A stretch of 64,000 nucleotides of DNA from an uncultured delta proteobacterium (lineage in GTDB: Bacteria; Desulfobacterota; WTBG01; CAIYCZ01): positions 64,001 through 128,000 of the forward strand of contig CAWDOY010000009.1 of NCBI GenBank assembly GCA_963803975.1. The letters are read 5' to 3'. Below, piece by piece: positions 30,391-42,880 of this stretch. The notes below the pieces were generated by a model. It did no database searches, had not been told where the DNA came from, and worked only from the letters and a program-made list of their open reading frames with translations. Each line of letters begins with the position of its first letter. Position 1 is the first letter of the stretch. Position numbers and translations under genes: made by a program.

Positions 30391-32154
30391 ATGCTCAAAG
30401 AAAGCGTTAACCTCTATATTCGTCTGTTTCAGTTTGTAAAACCTCACTGGCGCATGCTGCTGCTGGCAGGGATCTGCATGCTGCCCCTGGCCCTGTCATC
30501 AGCAGGCCTTGCCTACCTGGTAAAGCCGGCACTCGATGATATCTTTTTTAAAAAAAACCTCACCATGCTGCGCATGGTACCGCTGGCGATCATAATCCTT
30601 TACGCCATCAGGGGCGTTTTTGATTACAGCCATGCCTATTTTATGGGCTTTGTCGGCAACCGCATTATCGCAGATATCCGGGAGAAGGTGTACGTTCACC
30701 TGCAGAGCCTGTCGCTTTCGTTCTTTGCCAAAAATCCCACCGGCGTGCTGATGGCGCGCATTACCAACGATGTCAACATCCTCCAGGCATCTATTTCCAA
30801 TGTCATTATCAGCTTCTTTAAAGATCTGTTCACCATCGCCGGCCTGGTGGGCGTGCTCTTTTACCAGGACTGGAAGCTTGCCTGCATTGCATTCCTCATT
30901 ATGCCCTGGGTCCTCATCCCGATTCAGCGCTTTGGCAAAAAGAGCAGACGGTTCAGTACCCGCGGCCAGGAAAAGGTCGGCAAAATTGCCACGCTGCTGC
31001 ATGAAGCCATCACCGGGTGCCGCATCGTGAAAGCATTCGGCATGGAAGACTACGAGGCGCAGCGCTTTTCTGAGGAAAATTTCCGGCTCTTCAGAATCCG
31101 CCTCAAACGGCTGCGCATCAGGGCCCTCTCCTCCCCGCTCATGGAGCTCATCGGCGGCATTGCCGGTGCTGCGGTCGTATTTTACGGCGGCTACAGCGTG
31201 ATCAAGGGAACGTCAACGCCGGGCACATTTTTCTCCTTTGTGACCGCGCTGCTGCTGCTCTATGACCCGGTGAGAAATTTAAGCACGTCCTACCAGGACA
31301 TCCAGGAGGGGCTGGCAGGTGCGGTGAGGGTTTTTCAGGTGCTTGACAGCGTGCCGGAGATACAAGACAAGGAAGGCGCGCTGGCACTGCCCCCGGTACA
31401 AGGCGCAGTCAGCTTTCGCAGCGTCAGCTTTGGGTATGACCAGCATCTGGTGCTGCATGACATCGGGCTTGAGGTACGGCCGGGAGAAATTATCGCCATC
31501 GTCGGCACGACCGGCGCGGGAAAAACCACCCTGGTAAACCTCATCCCGCGCTTCTATGATGTTACCCGTGGCGCCATTGTCATAGACGGCTTTGATATAC
31601 GAGATATTACCATGCGCTCGCTCCGGTCGCAGATTGCCCTGGTCAGCCAGCAGACCATCCTGTTTAACGACACCGTGCGCAGCAACATCGCCTACGGTAA
31701 CACTGCTCCGCCGGAGGATAAAATTATTGAAGCTGCCCGCGCTGCCCATGCCAGCGACTTTATTGGCGAGCTTCCCGAAGGATATGACACCATTATCGGG
31801 GAGGCGGGGGTGAAGCTCTCCGGCGGCCAGCGCCAGCGCATGGCTATTGCCCGGGCGCTGTTTAAGAATGCCCCCATCCTGATACTTGATGAGGCGACCT
31901 CCGCGCTTGACAGCAAGTCCGAGGAGGAGGTGCAGCTGGCGCTGGAAAACCTCATGAAAAACCGCACCACCTTCATTGTTGCCCATCGCCTGTCCACCAT
32001 TCGCAAGGCGCACCGGATTGTGGTGCTGTCCCACGGCAGAATCGTTGAGCAGGGAACCCACGATGAGCTCTTCAGCCGGGGCGGAGAATACCAGAAGCTC
32101 TATGCCTACTATTTCCAGGAACAGGTGAAAAAGCCTCTTATTGGGAACGCTTGA
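30391..32154 (+). CDS. msbA: Lipid A export ABC transporter
   Basis: Six-TM domain plus G.TGAGKT, LSGGQRQR, LDEATSALD; operon context. Confidence 0.92.
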   Translation: MLKESVNLYIRLFQFVKPHWRMLLLAGICMLPLALSSAGLAYLVKPALDDIFFKKNLTMLRMVPLAIIILYAIRGVFDYSHAYFMGFVGNRIIADIREKVYVHLQSLSLSFFAKNPTGVLMARITNDVNILQASISNVIISFFKDLFTIAGLVGVLFYQDWKLACIAFLIMPWVLIPIQRFGKKSRRFSTRGQEKVGKIATLLHEAITGCRIVKAFGMEDYEAQRFSEENFRLFRIRLKRLRIRALSSPLMELIGGIAGAAVVFYGGYSVIKGTSTPGTFFSFVTALLLLYDPVRNLSTSYQDIQEGLAGAVRVFQVLDSVPEIQDKEGALALPPVQGAVSFRSVSFGYDQHLVLHDIGLEVRPGEIIAIVGTTGAGKTTLVNLIPRFYDVTRGAIVIDGFDIRDITMRSLRSQIALVSQQTILFNDTVRSNIAYGNTAPPEDKIIEAARAAHASDFIGELPEGYDTIIGEAGVKLSGGQRQRMAIARALFKNAPILILDEATSALDSKSEEEVQLALENLMKNRTTFIVAHRLSTIRKAHRIVVLSHGRIVEQGTHDELFSRGGEYQKLYAYYFQEQVKKPLIGNA

Positions 32155-32168
32155 GGGAGCTGCCGCGC

Positions 32169-33494
32169 ATGTATATACTATATAACAGCATGCTCTATCT
32201 GGTGACGATTCTCTTTCTGCCCCTGTTTATCCTGCTGCTCATTATCAACAAGCGCTATCGTGACGGACTGCTGCAGAAACTCGGGGTTATCCGCTGGAAC
32301 GATGTGAGCGCATTCAGCGGCAGCCGCCCGGTCTGGGTGCACGCGGTATCAGTCGGTGAAGTGATGGCGGCGCTGCCCCTGGTGAGGGAGCTGAAGCGCG
32401 CTTTTCCCCGGCAGCCCATCCTGCTGTCCACTGCCACCGCAACCGGGAAAGCTACTGCAGAGCGCAGCTCACAGTTTATAGACCGCGTTATTTTTTTTCC
32501 TTTTGACTATCCCTGGTGCAGCCGGCTCTTTATTTCCCGGTTTCAGCCGCTTGCCTTTATCGCCCTTGAAACCGAGCTGTGGCCCAATTTCCTGCGGGAG
32601 CTTAACCGGCGAAACATTCCCGCAGTGATGGTGAGCGGCCGAATCTCCAGCCGCTCATTCCCCCGCTACCGGATGTTTAAGTTTTTCTTCCAGCGGGTGC
32701 TGGCGAACCTGACCTGCTGCTGCATGCAGTCTTCCGCTGACGCGCAGCGCCTCATTGAGCTGGGAGCTGAGCCGGCCGCGGTGCGGGTCACGGGAAATCT
32801 CAAGTTCGATCAGGCGCTGCCTGAGGTGAGCCGCGAGCTTACGGAAAAGCTCTGCCGCGACCTTAACCTGAAACCGGAGCAGCCGGTCTTTATCGCCGGC
32901 AGCACGCACAAGGGTGAGGAAGAGATCATCCTTGCCGCTTTCCGCGAGCTGAAAAAAAATTTCTCCGGGCTGGTTCTTATCCTTGCCCCGCGCCATCCCG
33001 GCCGGTTTGACGAGGTGGCGGCCCTGATACAGGAGACAGGGATGCCCTTCAGCAGAAAAACCGCTCTCAGCGCTGCTGCTGCGGGGCCCGGTGATGTGAT
33101 CCTGCTTGATACCATCGGCGAGCTGGCAACCCTGTACAGCATCGCAACCATAGTCTTTATCGGCGGCAGCCTCGTGCCGGTGGGCGGGCACAATCTGCTT
33201 GAGGCTGCGGTATTTAAAAAGCCGGTGCTGTTCGGGCCGCACATGGACAGCTGCGCTGAGATCGCCGACGCTTTGCAGCACAATGGCGGCGGGATAGAGG
33301 TGGCGGATCAGGCAGGGCTCATTAAACAGGCCCGGCTGCTTCTTTCTGACCGGGGTTTGCGGGAATCAGCAGGGGCTCACGCATACCAGGTTATCGCGGA
33401 CAACAGCGGCGCCCTGCAGAAAAGCATGGACGTTCTGAAGCCGATTATCGAGCAGCAGGCAGCGCGCGCCAGCTCTGCGCCGCATACACCATAA
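32169..33494 (+). CDS. waaA: Kdo transferase
   Basis: WVHAVSVGE, ETELWPN, TGNLKFD, GSTH.GE, APRHP.R, DTIGEL, GGHN.LE. Confidence 0.95.
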   Translation: MYILYNSMLYLVTILFLPLFILLLIINKRYRDGLLQKLGVIRWNDVSAFSGSRPVWVHAVSVGEVMAALPLVRELKRAFPRQPILLSTATATGKATAERSSQFIDRVIFFPFDYPWCSRLFISRFQPLAFIALETELWPNFLRELNRRNIPAVMVSGRISSRSFPRYRMFKFFFQRVLANLTCCCMQSSADAQRLIELGAEPAAVRVTGNLKFDQALPEVSRELTEKLCRDLNLKPEQPVFIAGSTHKGEEEIILAAFRELKKNFSGLVLILAPRHPGRFDEVAALIQETGMPFSRKTALSAAAAGPGDVILLDTIGELATLYSIATIVFIGGSLVPVGGHNLLEAAVFKKPVLFGPHMDSCAEIADALQHNGGGIEVADQAGLIKQARLLLSDRGLRESAGAHAYQVIADNSGALQKSMDVLKPIIEQQAARASSAPHTP

Positions 33495-33516
33495 AACCGG
33501 GACAGCTCTTTCAGCA

Positions 33517-34638
33517 TTGCACATGAACATACGATCATCTATTGAGCAGCTCATCACCATGCAAAAGCCGGGAGCACTACTCAGCCTCGCGCTCGTTCCG
33601 CTCGCCTGCGCTTCCTATATCTTTCAAGGCGTGGTCTGGCTGCGCCGGTTGCTCTACGAAAAAGAAATTTTTAAGAGCTATCGCCTGCCCTGCCCGGTCT
33701 TGAGCATTGGCAATATCACGGTTGGCGGCACCGGGAAGACGCCGGCGGTATATCATATCGCCCGGCACTTGAAAGATGCGGGTTACCGGGTGGCAATACT
33801 CTGCAGGGGCTACCGTGCACAGGACCCGGGCCAGGGCCTGGTGGTCGCGGACGGCAGCCGCGTGCTGGCAGGGCCGGAACAGGCAGGCGATGAGCCATTC
33901 ATGCTGGCGCAAAAGCTTCGCGATGTGCCGGTGCTCGCGGGCAGAGACCGGGTTTCCCTGGGCCAGCGGGCAGTGCGTGATTTTGCCGCTCAGGTTATTA
34001 TTATTGATGACGGATTTCATTATTTCCGGCTACAGCGCGACCTTGACATCGTGCTCATCAATTCCCGCAACCCTTTTGGCAACGGCTATCTCCTGCCGCG
34101 CGGAACCCTGCGGGAGCCGATCTCATCAATAGGGCGTGCCCGGCTCATCATGCTCAGCAAGGTTGACCAGACAACCAATGCAGCCGGGCTGGAAAAAACC
34201 ATACAGAAGTATAATCCGCGAGCCCCCATCTTTAACGCCTCGCTTCAGGCGCAGGCTTTCAGGAGCACGGCAAACGATGAGACACTGTCTCTTGCGGCGC
34301 TTCAAGGGCAAGCGGGCAACAGCAGTCTGCAGCATAGGTGACCCGGACATCCTTTTTCTCCCTGCTCGAATCACTCGGCGTAACCATAACCGCGCGGCTC
34401 GCCTTCCCCGACCACCACTGGTACGATGAGGCTGATTACCGGGTGATTAACCAATCCGGGGGCAATGCGGATTTTATTATTACTACTGAAAAAGATATTG
34501 CCAAACTGGATGAAACTATGTTAGGTAAGCGTAAAATTCTTTGCTCTGCAAACCAGGATGCAGGTTGCCGGGGAAGAGCAGTTTTTTAAAACAATCCGCG
34601 CCTGTGTGGCTGAGCTGATTACTGCAGAACAACACTAA
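33517..34638 (+). CDS. lpxK: Tetraacyldisaccharide 4'-kinase (frameshifted near 34305 and 34545)
   Basis: GNITVGGTGKTP, RGY, GDEP, DDGF, LLPRG.LRE, FPDHH, TTEKD. Confidence 0.92.
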
Positions 34639-34659
34639 TCATCAGGAAAGGGGTACGCG

Positions 34660-35256
34660 ATGAGACAAAGGACTGGAACCGCAATCTTATTACTGGCACT
34701 GCTGGGCCTTCTATGGGCCTGCCCCTCACTGCAGGCAGCAGATGAAGGGCCGCTTTCCGCAAAGGGAACAAAACAGCTCGGTGTTAATATCGGCTACGGC
34801 TATTCGTTCAGCTCCAACGAGTGATATCCGCTTTGCACCGGTGTCTCCTTATTTCGGCTATGTATTCACTGACCCGGTCGGCACGGGCTGGTACCGGGGC
34901 ACCGGCGAGTGCATCGTAGAGGGTGATTTCAATTATGTATTTAAACACCAGAAGCGCTATGCCGCCGGCATTACCCTGATGGGGCGCTATAATCTGCTGT
35001 CAAAGCATGAAAGCTGGCGGCCCTATGTGCAGGCCGGGTTCGGCATGGTCGGCACCAACCTTTCGATGCGCGACTTCGGCGTCGGATTTCAACTTTTCCT
35101 CCAATGTCGGTGCCGGCATCCAGTATTTCTGGAACCCCTGCAATGCAGTAAATTTTGAATGGCGCTTCAAGCATATCTCCAATGCCGGCACTTGATGATG
35201 ATAATGACGGGCTCAACATGAGCATACTGATGGTGGGATATTCCCATACCTTTTGA
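34660..35256 (+). CDS. PagL-like lipid A deacylase / acyloxyacyl hydrolase beta-barrel (three frameshifts)
   Basis: Signal peptide, PYVQAGFG, FNF...GAG, RFKHISNAG...N.GLN, terminal F. Confidence 0.75.
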
Positions 35257-35292
35257 TAAGAAATTATTCATAGCTGAATTTAGTGAAGCACA

Positions 35293-35325
35293 GGGGATTC
35301 ACAATACGGGTGAATCCCTTTTTTT
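35293..35325 (+). terminator. Terminator of the envelope operon
   Basis: gggattcac...gtgaatccc followed by ttttttt. Confidence 0.85.
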
Positions 35326-35338
35326 GCAGACGATACTA

Positions 35339-35486
35339 AGGTTGTTGAAAAAATAATCTTTTCCAGGCTGGTCAAAAACATCCAGATGCAAGGCGCGCGA
35401 AATCCTGAGGAATGAGGCGTACTGTACCGTACGTCGCAATGACGAAGGATGAGCGCAACGCAGCAGATGGGTTTTTTCAACAGCCT
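35339..35486 (+). mobile_element. MITE-like family A, copy 1
   Basis: About 148 bp with ends aggttgttgaaaaa/tttttcaacagcct; highly similar to 51518-51666 and 63372-63519. Confidence 0.85.
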
Positions 35487-35511
35487 GCTGTAACCCGGAC
35501 GGTTCATGCAC

Positions 35512-37468
35512 ATGCGAAGAAATATAGCCTTTGACCAGGAGCTTAACCCGCAGCAGCTTGCCGTGGTGCAATCGGGCGACGGCCCGGTGCTGGTAATTGC
35601 CGGCGCCGGCAGCGGCAAGACCAGAACCCTTACCTACCGGGTGTCCTATCTGATTGAGCGGGGAGTTGATCCCTACCGGATACTGCTGGTCACCTTCACC
35701 AATAAGGCTGCACGCGAAATGCTGTCGCGCGTTGCAGCGCTGGTGCCCTCTGATATCGGCAAGCTCTGGGGCGGCACCTTTCACCACATCGCCAACCGCA
35801 TCCTGCGCGTTAATGCGGCGCGCATCGGGCTGCAGCCGAACTTTACCATCCTTGACCAGCAGGACGCTGGCGATCTTCTCAACTCGTGTTATACCGACCT
35901 GGGGTATAAGAAGAAAAACAGCCTCCTGCCCCAGGGCGCGGTGCTCGCGCGCATCTTCAGCCTTGCCCGCAATACCCGGACTGCGGTTGAGCAGCTCCTG
36001 GAGCGGCGCTATCCTTATTTTATTGAGCACCTGGGCGACATTCAGGCTATCTATAAACACTACGCGGAGAAAAAGAAAAAGCTCAACCTGGTTGATTTTG
36101 ATGACCTGCTCACCTGCTGGCTGCAGCTCATGGAGGAAGACCCGTCGCTGCGCGAGTTTTACGCCCAGCGCTTTCAGCACATCCTGGTGGATGAATACCA
36201 GGACACCAATAAGCTCCAGGCGGATATCATCGACGCCGTGGCCGGCACGCAGCAGAACCTCATGGTGGTGGGCGATGACTCGCAGAGCATTTACGCGTTC
36301 CGGGGAGCAAACTTCGCCAATATCATGGATTTCCCGCGCCGCTACCCGACAGCAAAAATTTTCAAGCTTGAGTACAACTACCGCTCCTCCCCCGAGATCC
36401 TGCAGCTTGCAAACCAGAGCATCACCCGCAATGAAAAGCAGTTTCACAAGGAGCTGAAGGCCCAGCGCAAGAGCGGCGTGCAGCCTTCAGGCCTGCTGTT
36501 TGACACCGTGATCCAGCAGGCCTGCGGCGTTACCGACAAAATCAGGGAATTTATAGCGCAGGGCATTCATCCGGGGGAGATAGCGGTCCTGTACCGGGCA
36601 CACTACCACTCCATGGAGCTGCAGATGCAGCTCACCCGCACCGGCATCCCGTTTGAAATCCGCTCGGGCATCCGCTTTTTTGAGCAGGCCCATATAAAGG
36701 ACATTGCCTCCTATCTGCGGCTCCTGATCAATCCCTTTGATGAGGTGGCGTGGAAGCGCATCCTGCAGCTGCTGCCTAAAATCGGGGACGGTGCGCGCGC
36801 AAAAGATCTGGGATGCGCTATCCGCTGCCGAAAGCCCGCTCGAAGCCTGCCTCAGCGGGAACCTGGAGGCAGTGGTTCCTGCTGCTGCCCGGCCCTACTG
36901 GGAACAGCTGTGCAGCGTGATGCGGCCGCTGGTGCAGCTGGGGCCGGAGACGTCGCCGGGAATACTCATCAAGACCGTCTTTGAGGGCGGCTATGAAGAA
37001 TACCTGCGCATTAAATATCATGACCCCGCAGGCCGTGCCGAAGATATCGAGCGCTTCATGGATTTTGCGTACCACTATGACCGCCTGGAGGACTTTCTGG
37101 CAGAGCTTGCCCTGCTGACCAGTGTCACTGCGGAAAATGTACCGGCAGAAGAAGACCGGGAGACGGTGAAGCTCAGCACCATCCACCAGGCAAAGGGGCT
37201 TGAGTGGCCAATAGTGTTCATCATCTCCCTTGCCGAGGGCAGCTTTCCCAATCCGAAGAACATTGACTCCCAGGATGACGAGGAAGAGGAGCGCCGGCTG
37301 TTTTATGTTGCGGTTACCCGGGCCAAGGATTATCTGTTCCTGTGCAGCCCCCTCCACAGCGATCACCACGGGGCCGTGACCATGATGAAACCCTCGCGCT
37401 TTGTCCGGGAAATACCGGAGCAGTGTTTTGAACGGCAGTATTTCCCCGGCGACAGCAGCTACTTTTAG
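35512..37468 (+). CDS. UvrD/PcrA/Rep-family SF1A helicase (frameshift near 36790)
   Basis: AGAGSGKT, TFTNKAA, GTFH, VDEYQD, VGDDSQSIY, NYRS, STIHQAKGLEW, EERRLFYVAVTRA. Confidence 0.93.
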
Positions 37469-37510
37469 TCTCTTAAGACTGAAATTTCTTGCAAAAATGG
37501 AAAGACAAAG

Positions 37511-37666
37511 TTAAAATCTGGAACTCAGGAAATCAGGAAAATTTTGTTTTTACCTTTGTGAGTTCCTGTCAGCTGTGAGCTCAGTCGAATCGAGTTCCAA
37601 ATTCAATCTTCTTTGTTTCTTTTTAGTCTTTGCGGTTAACTTTGGTTCCGGCTTGTCCGGGTTAGG
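37511..37666 (+). repeat. Dispersed repeat family B, copy 1
   Basis: About 155 bp ending ttggttccggcttgtccgggttagg; a reverse-complement near-copy lies at 58075-58223. Confidence 0.85.
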
Positions 37667-37702
37667 TTGTTAAAAAATAGTTTTCCCCCAGGAGAAAAAC
37701 CA

Positions 37703-39680
37703 GTGTACCAGGCAAAGGCAGTCCTGTTTTTCGAAGGTCAAAAACTGATTTCCGGCGTGTGCCTTGATGACAGCGGAAGCCGCCTCCATGTCTATACCGC
37801 TGCCGGCAGGGAGATGAACGTTACGATAAACAGGGTCCTCCACTTTTCCTCCTACCTCCTTGACCTTTCTTCATCAAAAGACGCGCTCCTGAAAAAAATA
37901 AAAGCTCTCGAGCAGAAGCAGGAAGAGCTCAAGCGCCAGGTGGATGTTAAGTCACTGTGGGAGATGCTCACGGATGAGGGCGAGGTCTTTGATACCGGCT
38001 ATCTGGCAACCATGGTCTTCGGGGAAACGACAGACTCAGACTGCGGCGCGGCAGTGCTGCGCGCACTGTTAGAGGAGCGCACCCGGTTCAAACTGGCGGG
38101 CAAGCAGTTTCAGATCAACACCCCGGAGCAGATTGAAGCGCTGCTCACCAAGCGCCGCCGCGAAGCCCAGCGCCAATGCGATATCGAGGAGGGAAGCATC
38201 TGGCTTGAGTCAGTCCTGCAGGGGAAAAAAACGTCCGGTGCTCGGGAGAGCTCATTTCTGAAGCTTCTTCGGGACTACGTCGTGTTTGGCAGCGACGCAG
38301 CTGATTATCAGCTGATACGGGAAATGCTTGATCAGGCAAAGATTATCGACCCGAAGGCGTGCTTTGACCTGCTGGTAGAGCACGGCGTCTTTGACGCAGA
38401 TGAAAACCTGAGCCTTGAGCGCTATCAGATCCCCGTGCACTGGCCGCGGCAGGTGCTGGAAGAAGTCGACGGGCTCGCACGGCAGGTGCCGGACGGCGCA
38501 GCGCGGCGGGACCTTACCCATCTCAGGATTGTTTCCATTGATGACGCGTTCACCAGAGACATAGACGATGCCATCAGCTTTGAACGCAAAGACGGCTGCC
38601 TGCAGCTGGGCATTCACATAACCGATGCTGCATCCATCATCAAACCTGAATGCAGACTTGACCGCGAGGCTGCTAAACGGGCTACTTCTATTTACCTGCC
38701 TGAGGGAAAAATCCCCATGCTGCCCCCTGATCTCTCAGAGGGACTGCTGAGCCTTAAAGAAGGAGAAAACCGCCCTGCGCTGAGCTTTCTGGTCAAACTC
38801 AGTGATGCCGGAGATATAATCGATTCTGAAATCTGTTTAAGCATTATCCGGGTCGCGAAAAAAATGACCTATGACGAGGTGGACGCGGAAATCGCACAGA
38901 ACTCCCCGTTCGCAGAACTCTATCGCCTGACCTCAGCCCTCATGGAGAAGAGAAAAAGCGCCGGTGCCCTCATCCTTTCAATCCCTGAACTGCAGATAGT
39001 TGTTGACCAGGAGAAGCACATCGCGCTTTCAATCCGCGAGCGCAATGCCCCGAGCCAGGTTGTTGTCGCCGAGTGCATGATACTTGCAAACCATCTGGCA
39101 GCCCGGCTGTTCAGGGAGCGGGGTGTCCCTGCGTTGTACCGGAAGCAGGCCCAGCCGCGGGAACGCATAGACATGCCTGACGGCGGGTCACTGCTACCAC
39201 CTGTACCGCCAGAGGAAGCTCCTGGGCAGGGTGGATCTGGGCATTGAGCCGGGTCCCCATTACATGCTCGGCCTTGACCTCTATACCACCATAACCTCGC
39301 CGATGAGAAAATATTATGACCTGGTGATGCAGCGCCAGATGAAGAGCCTGCTGGGAGGAGGGCCTCCCGTGTACGGGAAGCATGACTTGAAAAACATGGT
39401 GAGCGAGGTTGATCCGCGCCTTGCCAAAGCTGGTCTTGTCTCGCAGGAACGGGAGCGCTACTGGGTGCTGAAATATCTACAGGATCAGGTCGGGCAGCCA
39501 TTAACCGCACTGGTGCTGGAGAAGCGAATGCGCGGCTACAGCATCCTTCTCTATGATTATCAGCTGGAAGTGAACCTCTCCGCAGCCGACGGCACAGCGC
39601 TTGCGCCCGGTGAAACCATTACCGTGGTCCTTGAAAAAGCTGATCCCTTCAACGGAACCTTAAAAGTAGCTCTCCGCTGA
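37703..39680 (+). CDS. RNB-domain exoribonuclease (RNase II/R family; frameshift near 39200)
   Basis: SIDD..T.DIDDA, IHITD, SIYLP..KIPMLP, ECMILAN, LG...YT..TSP.R.Y.DL..QRQ. Confidence 0.9.
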
Positions 39681-39806
39681 CACACCCTTTTTTCACTCCA
39701 TTATATTAATACGGATTACGGCGGGAGAATTAAAAATAGAAGAAGACGGATCACCAGCTCAAAGAGTCGAAGCGCAAAACAAAGACTGACAGCCGGGAAA
39801 AGCAAT

Positions 39807-40123
39807 TTGACAACGTCGTAAAAACTCCCCCTGCTGTCTTTGCGAGCATCTGACCCCGGCGCTGCGCTTCGGGGTTGTTCATGAAAGAAACAAGTCTCGG
39901 GAGACCCCTCTTACATCCCCCCTTGGCAAGGGGGGAAACAGGGGGGTGTCATTGCATACATGAACCACCTGCACAATGTTTTTGAATTGTGCATGAACGG
40001 AAGTTTCTTAGGAGGAGTGAAACGACGAAGCAATCCCAGGGAATTTCAGAAAGTTGTGAGATTGCCGCGCTTCGCTCGCAATGACAAATTGTTCGTTTTT
40101 TCGACTTTTTACGACGTCATCAA
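39807..40123. mobile_element. Composite MITE with nested REP-like hairpins
   Basis: Terminal inverted repeats ttgacaacgtcgtaaaaa/tttttacgacgtcatcaa enclosing cccccttggcaagggggg and gaagcaatc...gattgccgcg...ctcgcaatgac. Confidence 0.7.
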
Positions 40124-40132
40124 TTTTACGTT

Positions 40133-40171
40133 AAAAAAAAGGCAGAGCCAGGTATGACTCTGCCTTTTTTT
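40133..40171. terminator. Bidirectional terminator
   Basis: aaaaaaaaggcagag...ctctgccttttttt. Confidence 0.88.
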
Positions 40172-40181
40172 AGTCAACACT

Positions 40182-42455
40182 TTAACTATAGCTGAAAGTA
40201 AGCTGCGCTGGTTCGGAAGCCGTGTCAAGGTCAACAAGGGCGCTGCCGCCGTTTACCAGATGCCCGAAGAGCAGCTCGTCAGCGAGCCGGTCCTTGATCT
40301 CTGTCTGAATCAGGCGGGCCAGGGGGCGTGCGCCGTAGATGGGGTCATAGCCGTGGTTGGCAAGCCAGGTGCGGGCAGCAGGCGAAAGAGAGAGCTGCAC
40401 CTTCTTCACGCCCAGCTGCTCATTGAGCTCGGCAATAAACTTGTCCACAATCTTCTGCATGATCTCGATATTCAGCGCGTGGAAAGTAATTATCCCGTCA
40501 AGGCGGTTGCGGAATTCAGGGTTAAATAATTTTTCTATGGCCTTTAATCCCTTGTCGCCTTTATCTTCCGCGACCGTGGCGCCAAAGCCGAGCGTTGCCG
40601 CGCTCATCTCCCGTGCTCCGGCGTTTGAGGTCATGAGCAGTATCACGTGCCGGAAGTCCGCGGTCTTGCCGTTGTTGTCGGTGAGGGTCGCGTGATCCAT
40701 CACCTGCAGCAATATATTAAATATGTCCGGGTGCGCTTTTTCAATTTCATCAAGAAGCAGCACGGTGTAGGGATTCTTGCGGATGGCATCAGTCAGGAGG
40801 CCTCCCTGGTCAAAGCCGACATAGCCGGGCGGCGCGCCGATGAGCCGCGACACCGTGTGCTTTTCCATGTACTCGCTCATGTCAAAGCGCTGGAAGTGCA
40901 CGCCCAGCACGGCTGCCAGCTGCTTTGCCACTTCGGTCTTGCCCACGCCGGTGGGGCCGATAAAGAGAAATGAGCCGATGGGCTTCTCCGGAATGCTCAG
41001 GCCGGCCCGGGAGCGCTTGATGGCCGTGACCATGTTCTTGATCGCGTCATCCTGGCCGAAGACCCGTTTCTTCAGCTCCTCGTCAAGGTTCTGCAGCTGC
41101 AGCTTGTCAGAGGTGGAGACGCTGCGCGCCGGAACCTTTGCTATCCGGGCAACGACTTTTTCAATGTCCTGGGTGGTGATTTTTTTGCGGTGCTTGTAGG
41201 CCGGGCTCACTTTGAATATCGAGCCGGTCTCGTCAATCACGTCAATGGCCTTGTCCGGCAAATAGCGGTTGGTGATGTGCTTGGCTGAGAGCTCTGCTGC
41301 CGCCTTGATGGCCTGCGGCGTGTAGATAACATCGTGGTGCTCTTCGTAGCAGGATTTGAGGCCTTTCAGTATCTCAATGGTCTCGTCAACGCTCGGCTCG
41401 GAGATTTCAATCTTCTGGAAGCGGCGCGACAGGGCCCGGTCTTTCTCAAAATAGTTTTTATATTCTTCGTAGGTGGTGGTGCCGATGCAGCGCAGGTTGC
41501 CGGAGACCAGGGCCGGCTTCAGAATATTTGAAGCGTCCATGGACCCGCCGCTCGTGGCACCCGCGCCGACAATGGTATGAATTTCATCAATGGCAAGTAT
41601 GACGCCCGGCTTGTTGTTCAGCTCGGTAATCACGCCTTTGAGCCGTGCCTCAAAATCCCCCCGGAACTTGGTGCCTGCCAGCAGCGCGCCCATGTCAAGA
41701 GAGTATATTTCAGTGTTGTGAAAAGCCGTCGGCACTTCCTCATGAACAATCTTTAATGCCAGGCCTTCAACAATCGCGGTTTTTCCCACCCCCGGATCAC
41801 CCACAAAGATGGGGTTGTTTTTCAGCCGGCGGCCCAGCACCTGAATGGTGCGCTCAAGCTCCGCCTGCCGGCCGATGAGGGGATCGATCTTTCCTGCCCG
41901 GGCCTTCTCAATAAGATTTACCGTAAACTTTTCCAGCATCCCGCCGCGCTTCTGCTGCGCTTTTCGGTCATGGCGTGTTTCCGCCTCGCGCTCATCAATG
42001 TCGTCCTGCCACTCATCCTCGCCGGTCTGCGAGACACCGTGGGAGATATAATTTAAAATATCGAGCCGCGTGATGCCCTGCTGCGCGAGAAAATAGACCG
42101 CGTAGCTCTGCTCTTCCGCGAACAGCGCCGCGAGAATGTCTCCGGCATCAACTTCCTTTTTCTCGGCAGCCTGGACATGCAGGATGGCCCGCTGCAGGAC
42201 CCGCTGGACGCCCATGGTCTGGACAATCTCCCGGCCGTCCTGCTCCGGCAGCGCTTTCACATGCCGGGAGAAGAAATCTTGAAGCTGCTGCTTCAGCTCC
42301 TTTATGTCAGCACCGCAGTTGCGAAGTATTCGGCTTCCCACCGGGTCATGGAGCAGAGCGTACAAGATATGCTCAACCGTGAGCATCTCGTGATGCCTGG
42401 TTTTTGCTTCCCTGATTGCGGTGGCAAATGCTATTTCCAGTTCCTTACTAATCAT
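40182..42455 (-). CDS. clpA: ATP-dependent Clp protease ATPase ClpA
   Basis: Two AAA+ modules ([16 protein letters not shown]), no middle coiled coil, LGF loop, next to clpS. Confidence 0.96.
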   Translation of the reverse strand: MISKELEIAFATAIREAKTRHHEMLTVEHILYALLHDPVGSRILRNCGADIKELKQQLQDFFSRHVKALPEQDGREIVQTMGVQRVLQRAILHVQAAEKKEVDAGDILAALFAEEQSYAVYFLAQQGITRLDILNYISHGVSQTGEDEWQDDIDEREAETRHDRKAQQKRGGMLEKFTVNLIEKARAGKIDPLIGRQAELERTIQVLGRRLKNNPIFVGDPGVGKTAIVEGLALKIVHEEVPTAFHNTEIYSLDMGALLAGTKFRGDFEARLKGVITELNNKPGVILAIDEIHTIVGAGATSGGSMDASNILKPALVSGNLRCIGTTTYEEYKNYFEKDRALSRRFQKIEISEPSVDETIEILKGLKSCYEEHHDVIYTPQAIKAAAELSAKHITNRYLPDKAIDVIDETGSIFKVSPAYKHRKKITTQDIEKVVARIAKVPARSVSTSDKLQLQNLDEELKKRVFGQDDAIKNMVTAIKRSRAGLSIPEKPIGSFLFIGPTGVGKTEVAKQLAAVLGVHFQRFDMSEYMEKHTVSRLIGAPPGYVGFDQGGLLTDAIRKNPYTVLLLDEIEKAHPDIFNILLQVMDHATLTDNNGKTADFRHVILLMTSNAGAREMSAATLGFGATVAEDKGDKGLKAIEKLFNPEFRNRLDGIITFHALNIEIMQKIVDKFIAELNEQLGVKKVQLSLSPAARTWLANHGYDPIYGARPLARLIQTEIKDRLADELLFGHLVNGGSALVDLDTASEPAQLTFSYS

Positions 42456-42770
42456 TTATGCCTCTTCCATGCTGCACTTGAGAGGAAACCCGCGCTCTTT
42501 TGAAATATGCGCTACCATCGCGACCTTGGTTTCTGCAATCTCTGCAGTGTAGATGCCGCACATGCCGATTCCCTTCTCATGGACATTGAGCATTATCTGC
42601 GCTGCTTCTGCGGGTGGTTTATGAAACACTGACTCCAGCACCTGCACCACAAAGTCCATGGTCGTGTAATCATCATTGTGCAGCAGAACTTTATATTGCC
42701 GCGGCTCATCGATCCGCTCTTCGCCGCGGGTTGCTATATGCTCTTTTAACTGGGTAAGCTCCTTGCTCAT
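42456..42770 (-). CDS. clpS: Clp adaptor ClpS
   Basis: YKVLLHNDDYTTMDFVV, IML.VH..G, EIAETK, FPL.C.ME. Confidence 0.97.
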   Translation of the reverse strand: MSKELTQLKEHIATRGEERIDEPRQYKVLLHNDDYTTMDFVVQVLESVFHKPPAEAAQIMLNVHEKGIGMCGIYTAEIAETKVAMVAHISKERGFPLKCSMEEA

Positions 42771-42880
42771 ATCCTTCGCGCGACCGGCTCTTTTGCAAAA
42801 TCAACGATAAAGTATAATAATCTCTCTTGTACTATTAAATTATACACTAAAGGTTTGATGGAAGTCAACGGCTTGACCGG
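42765..42880 (-). promoter_or_regulatory. clpS promoter/leader (TTGACT-18-TATAAT), copy 1 of a triplicated segment
   Basis: Direct copies at 43610-43825 and 44411-44450. Confidence 0.8.

Noticed and set aside
35299..36447. Long antisense ORFs (also 19454-20215, 25685-26509, 31279-32061)
   Set aside because: Shadows of well-supported genes on the opposite strand with no motifs of their own.
22311..37468. Programmed frameshifting or pseudogenisation of bamA, lpxB, lpxK and uvrD
   Set aside because: These are essential or core genes with no shared slippery motif; sequencing error is more parsimonious.
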